A DNA stretch of 64,000 nucleotides from Lingula anatina (Eukaryota; Animalia; Brachiopoda). The stretch lies in the NCBI GenBank assembly GCA_051362555.1, contig CM120642.1:16306001-16370000 (forward strand), read 5' to 3'. Below, piece by piece: positions 39,680-54,600 of this stretch. Both the position numbers and the translations under genes were made by a program. Position 1 is the first letter of the stretch. The number at the start of each line of letters is the position of its first letter. The notes beneath the pieces are model-generated. The model was not told the origin of the DNA. It searched no databases and worked only from the letters and a program-made list of their open reading frames with translations.

Positions 39680-42600
39680 AAGAACTCTGAACATTTATCA
39701 TGGGACTCAACACCTAAGCGTCCAGAGGTCCAGGACACCTTGAATTGAATTAAAAAATGCGGAATTCCACGTTTCTGGGGCAAAAATTCATGTCTGAAAA
39801 GCTCCTTGTAAAAAAAAGTCACCGAAAAGTGTCAGTTTTCATCATTTAATGAAGCTCCCATAAATTACTGTCCTTCCTTATGGGGGATCTCCTTGCTACT
39901 TGCTTGGATCATCATGGCTGACATTAGCTATCTGTCAGGTCATTGGTGTCCTTCAACTGTAGATACAAATACTTGTTCAAAGTAGATAAACATCAAAAAT
40001 ACATTTCAGTCTGTTGGGCAGTAAGTCAATCCTCTTCACAAAACTTCTTTTTCGGGTGCTTGGATTAATCACTTTATTTTCTTTGCCATATATCTGATTC
40101 CTGGCTGCTCTTTCTGACCAGTCTCCAAACATCTTCTAGCTAAAATAACAACAAAAATTTATTCTTTAATCTACTGAATGGTTTTAATTTTCAACCAACA
40201 AAATTTAACATGAAACCCCATTTTAGGCTACAACTAAGCTTTATTTCATATATATATATATATATATAATTCATGTAATTGTGATATGATTGTTACTCTT
40301 TTAATCACAAGCAATGACCTACAAAAGCAGTATTATTTAGTTGTGAGGGTTCTGTAACTTGTTGCTCTTACAAACAAAAAAGTTTACACTGCTGACATGT
40401 ACAGTACAAAACATAAGCTCTTTTCACTATATGTAATATTTAACAAATTTGCTGTGGTTCTGAGGGTCAGAGATAGCAGTATTTAGATGATGACTTAGCT
40501 TCACTTGTCTAATTACTATGCATATTTAATTCAAACAACACAGATATCATACCATTATCAACCTTCCGTCTGTATGTAAATTCGGTGTGTTAATTAATTA
40601 TAAAGATGTGACGAATGTCAACTTTTTAATTACCTGGGCCCAACCAACTGAATATCTTGGCTTTGTCTTGATAAAAATTTGAATACACTGACTGTTCATG
40701 AAAGCTCCCGCTTGGTCCGAGCAAGGAAAGTCCTACAATAATAACTTGGTCCGAAGAAGTAGTTGACGTGTTCTTGCAGCTCCCCAAAGGATCCATAGCA
40801 TGTGACGATGCGCTGGACACACGACTGAATCGAGCTCACTCTCCATTTCCTCTGATGATGACACTGCCTCTCATTAGCCTCTCACACTGCATGTAACTTT
40901 TAGCATCGGGAGGTGACCCCAATCATCTTAGTCGTATCTCCTGAGTATCGCACAACCTTTCCGTCTTTGTAACGGTCTACAGAACAACAAAGTATACGCT
41001 CTGCTGCTTGAAATTCGGAAAATCTGCAGTGCATTCATCGCACGTCTTCCACCACTGCTACTTGAAACTGTCATGACCGCCTACACGAATTTAGTTTCGA
41101 ATGCATGTTAACCCCCGTATTTGAACTTAGCATATACTAATTATCCAGGAATCAATAAATAAAAACTACAGAAGACTATTTCAGTTAATTAGTCCCTAAC
41201 TAACGTTGAAATTAACTTAAACATCCTTGAATGCAAATCGAAACTGTGGGAAGCAAAAATGCTTTACGATAATGTAGCCAGAAAATAGAAGAATTTGCGT
41301 CGCTGTTGCAAAATTTGTAGGCAAAAGGCCACGCCAGTGTTTTAATTTATGGTAGGCCCCTTGTCCATATTTTCAGTAAATATCAGTGAAATTATCTAAG
41401 GTGCTCTACTAGTGGAGATATAAGGCTATTGACAGGGTGGGTATCTGCGGCAGTCATCAAGTGACCTCAAATAACCTCGGTAGTTTGTAACCATAGCAAC
41501 GGATTTATGATATAAATCTCTGTCGTTATAAAGATTATATATCCATCTTTCAATTTTGGTATTGATCGAAGTAATGAGTTGATCACTTGATGCACATTTG
41601 TGAAGCAAACTTCGGTGAAAAATACACCACTCACACAGCTGAAAAGTGAGACGGGAGCCACGCGAGGCAGTGAAATATTCATGTGGCTGTATCTCGACAA
41701 TAACGCAACGGAAAGCTTTAATATTTTACAGTTAAATTAAGGTCACAAAGGTGATTAACTGTGGGCAAAATGAGTGTATTCTGTGAGAACCCCACCTTGC
41801 CGCTTTTTGGCTGATTTGCCTGGTGGTTAGAAAAACTTGCACTTAAAAAGCATATAAAATTCACTGTATGCTTAAGTGTAATGCTTTATTGTCACCAAAT
41901 GCAATCACAAGGCAACTTTGAGCAAAACTACTGGTTAGAAATACCTACTTCTGCAAAGTGCAACAGTTTTTCTGTAGCAACTTCATAAGTTTTCTTTGCA
42001 ACTTCAGCCTTCCGCAGTTGACAACTTAACACAGCTAGCCTCTTTTGGACAATAGGACTTTCCTGAAACAGTTGCAAACATATGAATGGTGACAACCATC
42101 AGGAAAATCTGTCTTAACTGTCATAGAAATATTGCTGATGGAACTTTCAATTGACAATTTATGTCAATTCTCAGATAGGTATAGAGAACGCAAAAGAATA
42201 CAGGAATATACTCCCTCTTCCCTGAATTTCCCTGATATTTTTTTAAATATTTCTTGTAAAATATGGCAACTTTAAACTCTCTTTTACAATTCAAATGAAC
42301 AGAAAATCACCCTATACACATGACAACCCCTGTCTCTGAACTTAAGATGGCAGCAAGCATTACAGAGAATTTGAAGATTAGAATGAATTAATAATCTCTT
42401 TAATTCATGAAGTAGTTTCATAAATGCCACACTCTGTTTGCAAATGTTTTTTGACCATCTCAATTATCTTTAAAAATCCATTGGAAAGGCAGTTACATAC
42501 TCTTAAGTTATTGGAATCTACTGATTTATTAAAAAATGAATTAACCAAGAAAAAGAACAGTGAACCTGATTGAGCCAACATATGGTGATAAAAATGAGAA

Positions 42601-45600
42601 ACTTTATTTCAAGCAACTGCTGGCATTTTCTGTCAAACCCTTGACATACCAGCTGTTTGGACTGCTGAGTCTTCATGTCAGAGATTTCAGTTTCCAGTAA
42701 TTGCACAACTTCTTCGTAATCCTGCTCCATGTTGCGGGCTGCCTTTTGGGCCTGCTCTGCCAGATGGACTTTACTGCGTAAGTTCCGGCTCTCGTGTATA
42801 GCACCCTGAGCTTCCTGGAAACAGCACAATGTAAAGATTATAGTTCCTTAACACTGTGCTCTAGTAAGGTTAAGACATCACACATTTAATATAAAGTAAT
42901 TCCATATCCTTAGTTACTTGGTGGGATAATTAAAACTAATTAACTGTTGTGCAGGGGGTAGCAATTAACAGGTTCAGGGTTAGATAACTCCTCAGTTGCT
43001 GTTACTACATATCTAACTCCTCAGTTGCTGTTACTACATACCTGTAATGGATAATAGATGAACATTCAGTGTTCACTGACTAAATTTCTTTGATTCAGAA
43101 GTGACACAAAATTCAATGTTATTTAATAATAATGTCATAGCTGTAAGATTGTTGTAAAAATTGCAAAATTGTTTTTTTTTTTTTCAGATTTCTTCTCTAC
43201 CTGAGCATCCACAAACAACATTTCAATGTCAATTTAATGATATCACTAAGTACTTCAGTAATTTTTCTGTAAGGCCTTAGTTAAGATTTATTCTTAAAAA
43301 GGCAAAATAATACCTTTGTTTCAATGATGCAGCTCATGACTCCATGACAAAAATATTAAATAAAATGACGATATAGGGACGAAGCCCATACACTTGTTGT
43401 CACCTATGCCAATTTTGGTAATAAGATCTTGTTCAAAGATGAAGTTATGCCCCATACTGCTTGTTGTCTTACTTCAAAATAGCTGACAGGTTTAACTGAT
43501 GATAAACACTCTGAGGTGCTTATGTTTTTCACAGAAAATGTAAAGGCCTATGTTTTATATTTTTTAGATGATTTTTTGTTTTGTTTTGTTTTTAATTTTT
43601 AAAAAGGTAGATGCACGAAACACCTCATTTTTGGTACTTTGATAATCATAAAACCTTAAATTGAAATGGTAACAGGAAGGACATATCATACTATAGAATA
43701 ATCTGAACTAGTATATTATGATCAGGTATATCCTTATCAGCAATCTGACAATTAAACTGAACTAATCAGATTATCAGCTTCTGTAAAGTCTGGAGCTCAT
43801 ATTCTTGTTATGCTCAATCTAGCTCAAATTAGCTGACCATGCTTCTTTGGCATGACATCTGCATGATACATGATTTTATTTATTTATTCATTTTTTATTT
43901 TTTGTTGTTGTTTCTATGAATTGAGTACATGTTTAGCACTGGATATAAAAATTTGTTTATTTAGATTGAAAAGTAGTATTCTTAGGTATTATTTACTGTT
44001 AAAAACACTACTGTAACAGTAACTGTCTTGATATGCCATTTTAAAAGAAAATTAATAGGAAGTTTGTGTGTATAGATGAAAAACGTCCACAAGTTTTCCT
44101 GGCACCTTGAGCTTTTCCGGCTAGACCTTTTTATATTATTAAAATGCTGCATTCCATAAGTTTTCTTTATATATATTATCTCTATCTTTCCAGAGACAAA
44201 TTACTGTTGCACAATGACATGCCTTACTAATGTATGCTTCACCCCTGATGCTTCTCTTAAATATTATTAAAATGCATTCTCAAGTCCACAGTATACTGGT
44301 TGAATAAACTCATTATATATGACAAATCAAAGCATGATACTAAAAATTAGTGATTCTTATGGCTCTCCCTTTTATTTAAGTTCTTCCTTTACCACTGTGA
44401 TGATACAAATAATCCAAATTGGTTTCTCATGGTAAATGCAAGTGCTATCTGCGTGCTGTGAGCATGTCTTTTCAGCATTGGGCAAATCTCTACTTTGAAA
44501 GGTTGGCATCCTGCACTTGTTCTATGCTAGCCAAAGGCAGAGATCTCATTTGGCACGAAGTTACATTTTTTTTTTAGAAAATATTTTGTATCTATGGTTT
44601 GTCCAATACGCAAGAAATTCAAAGTTAAGACAATTTCAAATTCCAAAAAGGTACTTCATGGAATGCTTTAATATTTTGCAAGTGATATATGGTATTAACC
44701 TAAAATAAAAAAGGAAATAAAATACTTAACTTATAAATTGCATTATAATTTTTTTAAGCCTGCAAGTCACTCACCCTCCGAAGCCTTAGCAATTCCTGTT
44801 CTGCTGATTGACATGTTTTCTCTTTTTCACGCAACAAAACCTAAAGCAAATCAAACAATATGCAGTCATTATATTATATGGCATTTGAATATGAGTTTAA
44901 CATTATTGATTGAAAATTACTGCTATCTGAAGATAGATAGATAGACTAAGATAGATAGATAGATATTAAAATTTCAAACCTTAAGTTTTTCAACTTCTCT
45001 CCTCAGCTGATCTCTTTCCTCAACAACATGGTGAAGCTCCTCTGTGCCTACAGATGGGGAATAATTTATCTAAAAGAAAAAAAAACATGGCTAGTTTCAT
45101 TGTATATTATGCCAAATTAATATCACTTTTAAAGAGATTGAAAGCACATACCTGAGATTAGTTTTTTGTTTCAGTCTTTGAACATTTAATAATCGTACAA
45201 CCAAACATTTTATCTGCCAGGGGTCCTGAGATTCCTTTATTTGGCCCCACTGGGACTGAATTTAAAATCTTGGAAGTTCCGTGCTTCCACAGAAAAAGCT
45301 TAAAACATTTAAAGAACAATGTCAGTGCTAAACATGATTGCGTGACTCAATTGTTTGTCTATTGTCTGTCACATTATTCTAACCAGCACACCACCGGTAA
45401 TCAATATCCATTCAGAACATTATGACATTGTGGAATATGGAAAGCTTGAAAAGCTTAAAATATGAGATGACTTGTAACATGTACATCTACATACATCTAC
45501 AGTAAATCTCATACTAGTAGCCCATACTCTCTACAGAAAATCAATGTATCAGGTATCTTGGTCATTGCACTGATCATGTCAACATCAACATCAATATCAT

Positions 45601-48600
45601 GTTACATAAACTGCGTTGCTGTAGTTCTCATAGGTTAACTGTACTCTCTGAACACAGGGTACGCTCATAGTCTTTTACAAAATTATTGTATCCCACCCTG
45701 TGGGATTTCAAGTATGCAGTGCTAACCTACTCATTCAGTACGTTTATTATGTGTCAGACATTATCAAGATTGCCAAATTGTTCATGTACTTTTATGTGAT
45801 GCCCACAACCACTTTTTTTACATTTGCCCCTAGAAATCGCTGTATGCAATCACTAATCTGTGGCTCGGGGAAAATAAACTGCAATTATAATTGTTTATGA
45901 GGCCTGGTTATTAAGTAAACTCCACATTATATTTTCATGTTTGATGCCGTTTTAACATTGAGTGATAAACCTTGGCAATACAGTCATACCTTTACACAGT
46001 TAGAGGGCCTAGGAGCGCATTCTCAACGAATTAAGCCAGGCTTTACAAAGCCGGTGACCTAAAAATGGCGGACGTACATGAAAGAAAAACCGCCTAATCT
46101 TTTAATAGTCTCTCCGCCTCTCACACGCCTCCCCACACGTCGTCCCTGCGGGGTACAGTAATTAAATCTCGGCTCCGAACATTAATATTTCCGTGAATAT
46201 CTCTGGTGATATTATCTCCGTAGATAGTCGATTCATTGCTGCTCTACGGGCCAAATTATTCCTTTTTCGTCTCTGTTTTCAAAGATAATAGAACAGAAGA
46301 GCTTTTTTCCTTCGATCGCCTTCAGTCGCCATGCTTTCTTCACCACGAGTTTAACTGACGAGCATGCGCACTTAATATTTCTCAGGTAGCTTCCGCATGG
46401 CGAACGGAGACGCGATTTAATTACTGTACCCCGCAGGGACGACGTGTGGGGAGGCGGAGAGACTATTAAAAGATAAGGCGGTTTTTCTTTCATGTACGTC
46501 CGCCATTTTTAGGTCACCGGCTTTGTAAAGCCTGGCTTAATTCGTTGAGAATGCGCTCTAACATGTAATTACCCTATGGGGGGGGGGGGGGGGGGGTAGG
46601 TTTTTAAGTGGTAGCAGCTTTCATAACTTTGCTTCCTTTCTGTGGAAGATGATTAATTGGCTAAACTAATATGAACAAACTTAGATTTAAATTTAGATTG
46701 TTTATATACAGGACAATTTACAAGTAAACATATCTTGATTTCTTCCAGTTATTCCTATAAATAGAAATGTTTCTAAACCTCAAAGAAGTTCAAAATCTCA
46801 CATTCATAGAAACCCTGATCGAGCCACTACTGTTTGACATGCTCAATACATGAAAATGATTTAGATGTAACTTTTGGCTTAATATGTCTTATTTTTATGA
46901 ACCAGACCCTGCTACTTCAAGGTCTAAGCTATGACCATCCTTTACCTAAAGTTGAAACACCCAATGTCACAGACCCTCCACTACAAGTCAATAATATGCA
47001 TATATATAGGATTTAAAAATTTATAAGTGCAATAGGTGACCACTGGGCAGTGACTGACCTCTGGTTTGAAGGCTGGTGGCTGTGTGAAATCTCTGAAGTC
47101 ATTGTGACATGCTGTTGACGTCTTCATATCACAATCTTTCAATTGAAACTTAAACATCTCCCTGGCAACTTGTACAAACTCTGAATAAGCAAAAAAATGT
47201 CTACATGTTATTTTTTTTTATTGAATGGTAATTCATAAAATGAAAGTACAATAACACATAAACATGAAAGCATTCATGCAGGCACTCACACACAAACACT
47301 CATACATACACCCACTTTATATTTTATCAAAGAAAATTACCATATTTCACATAACCCACAAAATTTTCATTTACTGATCAGCATCCAACTTCAGAAGGCC
47401 AAAATCAATAAAACAAATTATTTGAGAGGATGCCACCTTCTGAGCAGAAACCACAAACCAAGAATGTCCTTGCACAAACCAGCAGCATATCCTTAATTCC
47501 TGCTTTCCTATCAGGTATGTATTTACCTCCATATGTGACACAGCCTGAGGAATCCAGGTGCAGGTGCCTCCTTAACTCATACTGCTGCTCTGGAGTTGGC
47601 TCTAAACCCAAATACTTCAATGCCTGGAAACAGAATTGTTATCTTCTACAATCATACAATTACAGTGCTAAGCAAAAAAGAATAATTATATGTTCCATAA
47701 TATAAAAGCTATCATTTACAGGGGTGGATTTAGGCTATCTTCTGGGTCTTCCAGAAGACGGTCAGATTTTCAAGTTTACGCTGACGGGTATCCAATTTTT
47801 GCTGTTGGAAGACAATCAAAAATGGAGGATGGATCAACAAAGATAAATTGGAAGACTGTCAGAAAATATATCTGGATCCACCCCTGATTAATAGTGTTAT
47901 AAGAAAAGTGGTCACATGGTTTTGCAAATGTAGAGAAAAATGTCCAATAAAAATGCTCCTCTATGGGAAGGGGGATATTTCGATCTGTATGAGTTCTGAA
48001 CTCTACAGAGGAATGAGAAGTACACTAAAAGCTCTTTTTACACCATGTCCAGTCTGGCCAAAATATATGCTTAGAAATGAACATGCTATGCCATTTTTGG
48101 GAGTGTAAAATATTTGGAGTGTTTTAAATCCCAAATATCCCAAAGTAATTACTTTTGCCCACAAACTTCACATTCCTTGCCAATATGCCATGATTTGAAC
48201 ATTATGGCTGTATTCCCAGAGCTTTTAGATTGAGCTTTTAGATCGCGGGGAGTCTCACTAGATTACTGTCAGATAATCCGGCTTAAATGTCCGTCCCACC
48301 TACTACAAGCTGTAAGGGGGTTATTAACTTTCGTGTCCGCTCGGCTGACAGATATTTAGCGTGAACCCCCAGGGAGTTAGGTCGATCTAAAGTAGATCGA
48401 TCTAATCTCTGGAAATGGGGTCTAAAAGTGCATTCCCAAAGATTTAGATCAATCTATCTAGATCGACCTAACTCCCTGGGTGTTCACGCTAAATTGATGT
48501 CAGCCGAGCGCGCATGGTAGTTAATTACCTCCTTACAGCTATTAGTAGGCGGGACAGACACTTAAGCTGGCTAAGCTGACAGTAATCTAGTGAGACTCCC

Positions 48601-51600
48601 CACAGGGATAGATCGATCTAAAATCTGATTTGGTAGGCCAATAGGAGCAATCAAATTGACACCTCTCTTGGGACCTTGACTGTTACTATCATAGGAAACT
48701 TGGTAGAAGAGCACGAGAGAGTACTGCTAACCAATCAAGGCAGTCCCTTCAAAAACATCACGGTCAAAAAAGCCTTATTACTGGCAATCGAAGGCACCTT
48801 AGACTACACAGAGCTCCAAAATTAATATTTCAATGAGCACATTCAGAACAACGCACCAACAGATCAGCAGATCAAATATGCCTGACCCACTTGAATGCTT
48901 GTTGCTTAATTCCCACAGGGAATCAGTGTCTAATCGGGAAATAAGCGACAAGCTTTTTAGTGGGTCGCCATATTTGATCCTGTTAGTCCGCTGTTCTGAA
49001 TGCACTCATTGATCCAGTCTAGACTGGTCCAGGTTAAAGGGTCCTAACATGCAATTAAGTCATAATGGTTTGCTCCCTTTCACAGGTTCTTCATCCTGCT
49101 GCTAAGAACACGGTCAGCTTCAAACATCATACGACCTGGATCCATCCAACTCTGTAAGGGGGTTCTCACTAATTTAAAGTGTATTCAGTGTTATCAGCTT
49201 AATTGTCTACCACACCTCCAGGAGTGGCTAGTCAATTAGTTACTTACCCCCAAGCAACTCAAGGAGGTATGGCAGACATTTAAGCTGATTACAGCAATAT
49301 TGCACTTCGGAAGAATCTTCCACAGAGTTAGATCAACCCATGCAGTGCGATATGTTTATCTCTGAGCACTCTGTAAGTTGTTAATTAATTGGTCACAAAG
49401 GGCCCAATTCAATGCATATTTTCTTGTTTTCTTTCCATGCACAGACAAAAAAATGGTGTCCTTAACCTATATCAAATGTGTTTATCAGTTTCAAATACCA
49501 GAGTGTATTATGATTCCAAAATAACAACCATTCCCAATGATTATAATGATTACAGACATCAGCCTTGGTTTTAATGAAGGAAAAAACCTCTGAACATTAA
49601 TTATGATACCTACATGTAATACCATCATGTAACCTAGGGTCATGTAGAAAACTAAAAAAAGCTCATGTCTGAAATTAAATCACAAACTTACAATGACTCA
49701 TTACAACAGTGAAAAAAGGGCAAAGCACATTTTACAAATTGTTATTCGTCATTTACCAAACTTCTCTTTTATGGCTTTTACCACAACAGGAAAGTTTGTG
49801 GGTAAAATGCCCTGGGCCGGGTCAAGTTATATTTTAAGGCTGGTTTATAAGGACACGGCAAACAAATGAAATACCTTCTATTCTATTCATTTTACCAAAC
49901 TTCTCAGAAGTAATCTTCTTGTTATTTATAGGGTAATTTTGCAGGTTGTGAACTAGAGGTTTCATTGCATGTTTGTCTATAGCTAAATTCAAGTTTTTGT
50001 GTCAATATCTTTCAATTTGATCAGAATGAAAATGATATCATGATGTTGACAACAAGAGTTCCAGTAAGTCAGGGAAGAATTTTATCAGCTGTGTTATGTT
50101 ATGAGAACTAGGGGATCAGAGCGGCAATACCGCCACCAGGTACTGTACCACCGGCAAACTTAACCTCATTGAAGCTAAATGGTGGCTACGGATGTACCTG
50201 TTTTAGTTGTGGACAAATAGGGTGTGCTTAATATGCAAAGTGCATTTAGAGCAAAAGCATGCCAAAGGTTCAAATTCAAGGCCATATAAAGATGGCCAAT
50301 ATTTGATTTTCTATTCAAGTTCAATATTAACTATGGATGTATATCTGCCAGTTTTGGACATGCAGATTTGCTAGCAGCTATTCAAGTTAAATAGTTCCTA
50401 TGGGTGTATCTCTGCTAATTTTTGAGTATTATACACTTTATTTTGAAAATGTTCACCGCTGACCATTTTTAGAATTAGCACAGCTCTTTGACTATATGAA
50501 AAACAAAAAAGACTTTCAGTCAGACTTTCATTATAGTAACTTTTCCTATATTCCCTTTTGTTTGGGAGATATTTTGCACTTAATTTGACAAGGGTGCATG
50601 GCAATGGCTTATATTGACAGCTAAGACTAAAGCTGTTGAGTGAAGAAAAATTACTTTTTAATATTCCGAGTTCTAGTAATTTAAAAATGAAATCTGACAA
50701 AACAGCATTGTCAGACTTACCAGGTATAAAATTGTACATAAATACTTTCAATGTCATAAATCTTAATCCAAACAGAAAATCATTTGTTAATTAAACCATG
50801 ACCCAGTTAGTAATTATATGTTATTTTTAATAGCAAGAACAGGCTCACAGCCAGCAATTTCAAAAGGGAGGTACTTTTTCTGAAAAAGTGGACCTTTTAC
50901 CATGAAACCTTCATATGCCACAATAAAATTTAACTCAGAAGGGACCTTTTTCCAGCAAAAAGGGGGGTTCTTTTAACCCCCCATCCCCTCCCTGGCTAAG
51001 GGCCTGAAGATACCATACTCCACAAGGTCAATACACTGTACTTACCACTTCTAACTTTTCCACTTTAAGACGGACTTGTGGGTCGAGGGATAATTTGGCA
51101 GAGGAAGAGTTCGTCTGCTGAAATGGGAACTGGGCAGGGGCACTTCGACCTGGGTTTCCTGCCAAAACAGGGGACGGGTCAAGTGGAGACTGGACAGACC
51201 CATACATGGTTTGAGCTGGTATTCGATCAGGATGCAGGGCACTGCCGTATGAAGTTCCAGGTCTACTGTTAGGCAGAAAACCTGAAAGTATAAATAGATA
51301 AACCATCTTGCCACTGGTAACTTACACATGGTAATAAGGACATACCTTTTCTCTTCTTAGATAGCGCTTTTTAAACTTTATTATAATAATTCTTTGTTTT
51401 GAATATGTAAGTAATAACAAATAAGGAAATTTTTAGTTTGAAATAGGTATATTACTGCCTGAACTAAATTATGAAAATTCAGGATACCAAATAGTTGTCA
51501 AGTAATGAAACAATGTAATTATATTTTTCTTTGACAAGGGATACTTGAAAATGCACGTTAATAATATCATAACAAATTACGATAAGTTATTATTATTACA

Positions 51601-54600
51601 TGAATTCAATTATTTTCTACAGGTTCTCAATAGAACAAATGTACAACACATTGTCAAATGTATATAAAATAAATGAAAAGCCTCAAATAATGAAAAGGCA
51701 ATATTTATTGTAATCTAGAACCATGCAATGGAGTTTGTACTAAACTCTGCAAACATATTTGGAATATACCCATAAAAATAACTCAATCAGATGTAAACTG
51801 TAACATGCACTTCACAACTGGTAGTAATTAAGGAACATGTCAAAGACCGCATTCACATCGAGTTGAGCCATGGCTCTACAAAGCCACGAACTAAATATGG
51901 TGGACATACATGAAAGGGAAACCGCCTAATCTTTTAATAGTCTCTCCACCTCTCACACGCCTCCCCATGCGTCGTGCCTGCGGGGGTACAGTCATTAAAT
52001 CTCGGCTCCATTGGGACGACACATGGGGAGGCGTGTGAGAGGCGGAGAGATTATTAAAAGATTATGCGGTTTTCCTTTCATGTACGTCCACCATATTTAG
52101 TTCGTGGCTTTGTAGAGCCATGGCTCAACTCGATGTGAATACGGTCAAAGCTAAACTGCCATCTTACATCCTTACACTGGGACTGGGAGTGAAATGGACC
52201 AGGCAATTTAGGTCTGAACTTGAGCTAAAATGGCCCGACTCATTACAAAGTTGAGCTTAATTTGGCCTAACTCCAAATAGAAAAGACAAACTTTCTCTTA
52301 AAGAGAAAGTCCACTTCTGGACTGACAACCATAGAGGTGGCCATATTTTCACTCACACATTTAGCATTAGTCCAAATGGAAATAATCTGAGGATGTCTAA
52401 AACAAGGCTGATTGAAATGCTAAACAATCATACCAGTCTTGAATAGTAAACATGCAAGAAACCAGGTGGGGTGGAGTTTACTTCTAAGTGATAAAGGTGA
52501 AACCTGATGAAGCAGAAATGTCATCTTAGAAAGCAATACAAAAGTGACATACAAAACAAGGCGATTCCCTTATGTTGTGCAAAAGACATAATTCAATAGA
52601 ACAGAGAAAGTACCTGGAAAAATACCAGTGGGAATTGATGGGAAAGATGCAATATTCATATGAGGAGTGTCTATATAAATATGGACATGAATTCTCAGCC
52701 TGGTGCTTTCAACCTGAGATAAGACTATTGTGAGACAATCCCCTTTACCACCAGTAAAACCAAACTCTGCATTTCAAAACAATCCTTCCAGTACAGTTTC
52801 ATGAAACTGAACCTAGCCTTATAAAACTAAGATATTGCTGAAGACAAACATGCAATGCAACCTCTAGTTGAACAATCAAAGCAATTACCCTAGAAACGAA
52901 TCAGGTATAATGCCATTTAGCATCCCTCATTCACGCATTTTGCAAAGTTCACAACAACATGCAAGATAACAACAGAAATTAAGGTTGCTTTTCTTTTATC
53001 TCTAAACATTTATTGTGTTGATAAATATAGCAAAAACTTTTTTATTTTGTAAAGGAACTGGGTTGGGGGGGGGGGATAAACACCAACCTGGTCTCACATT
53101 TCTTCAGTGCTTGCCTCAGATTGGGGGGGGGGGCTCATAGTAAAAGTCATACCAAAGACCATGCTTACAAAACAGCCCTTGCTGTCACCCTAAGAATCAA
53201 GCTTCCTAAGGTGGGGAAAAGATCACTGGTTTTGAATACTTATTTAACCCAATTACAGCCATCAGCTTTGGTTGTCTTTCTACATGAAGGCCATGTGAAT
53301 AGGCAGGATTGAGCAAATCCATAAACAATATGACACTGTGTAAAATGCCATGCCAGTTAACTTGTTTACAAAAAGGTGGTTATAACCTCTGAGTAGGTGA
53401 GAACAAGATGCCTAGAATATCTGACTTCAAGATTTAAATGTCAAGTAAACTTTCTTTCAAATAACTCTGACAGACATTTGCAATGTTCCAAAATAACAAA
53501 AGCCAAATTGTATTTTTTATATAAGCCCTTATACATTTTTCCTTTTCTTAAGACTGCAACTGCCATTTTTTTTACACTGTCGAGTAACAGGTAGACAAAG
53601 GAAAGTATGGAAGGACAATATCAAAGAGTGGACAGACATGAGCTTTAGACCCATGCAATGGCAATAAAAGAACAAAAATACCCTTGGTGTAGAGTGTCAC
53701 TGCAGTGCCTGCAACATTCTTCATCCAGAGACAGAGAGTTTGAATCAACTAGGCTACATTACTAAGATACTGATTTATTATCTACACAATACATTTTAAA
53801 CCTTGATGAATAAATTGTAGAAATATAAACTAGTTTGATTCACACGCCTAGAAAATTAATGAGGATGGATATCTAATATTACAGGAAATTCCCATGAAAA
53901 CAGCCATGTTATAGGTGATAATTTGCATCAAAGAAAGTAATACGGATAATCGAAAAAAACTACTAATTGTCCTAGTGCTGCATTTACACAGACCAATTAT
54001 CTCTTATGTCATACCCGTGATCAATATTCTTTTTCTCTCTTTTTCTCAAACTGTGTAATCTATTTACATAAGTTTCGACTACTAATTGACACCCAACAAC
54101 ATTTTATATTATATACATAATGAAACTAATCTTCGTGTTTAGCACATTCAAGATGCTTTCAGCAGGTAATGGCAGATCAGTTGATTAATATGTTCCTGAG
54201 ACAATTTAGCTGAAATTCCAACTCAACTTTGTTATTATTATTTTCTGGGCAACACATAAAAAAACAGATATATAACTGTTCCCCATTTATCACATATAAA
54301 AGGTAAATTTGACACATCTCAGATGTTGCATAAGCCAAGTCGCATCAACTTCAGGCCTACCCAACTACCAGACTCGGCACCGAATGATCCAGAATTCACC
54401 AGTAAATCGGACCACACTACCCGTTTTCAAGGTGTGTGTCAGATCGCATCATACAGTATCAGACGCGACACGGCTCTTGCCTAGTACGCGATGTGATAGT
54501 GACCATTCTCAGCAGGGTTGAAAAGCATTGCATCACCACTCAAAATTTGTTCAGGGTATGATACTGTGTAATGCGATCTGATACACACCCTGAAAACAGG

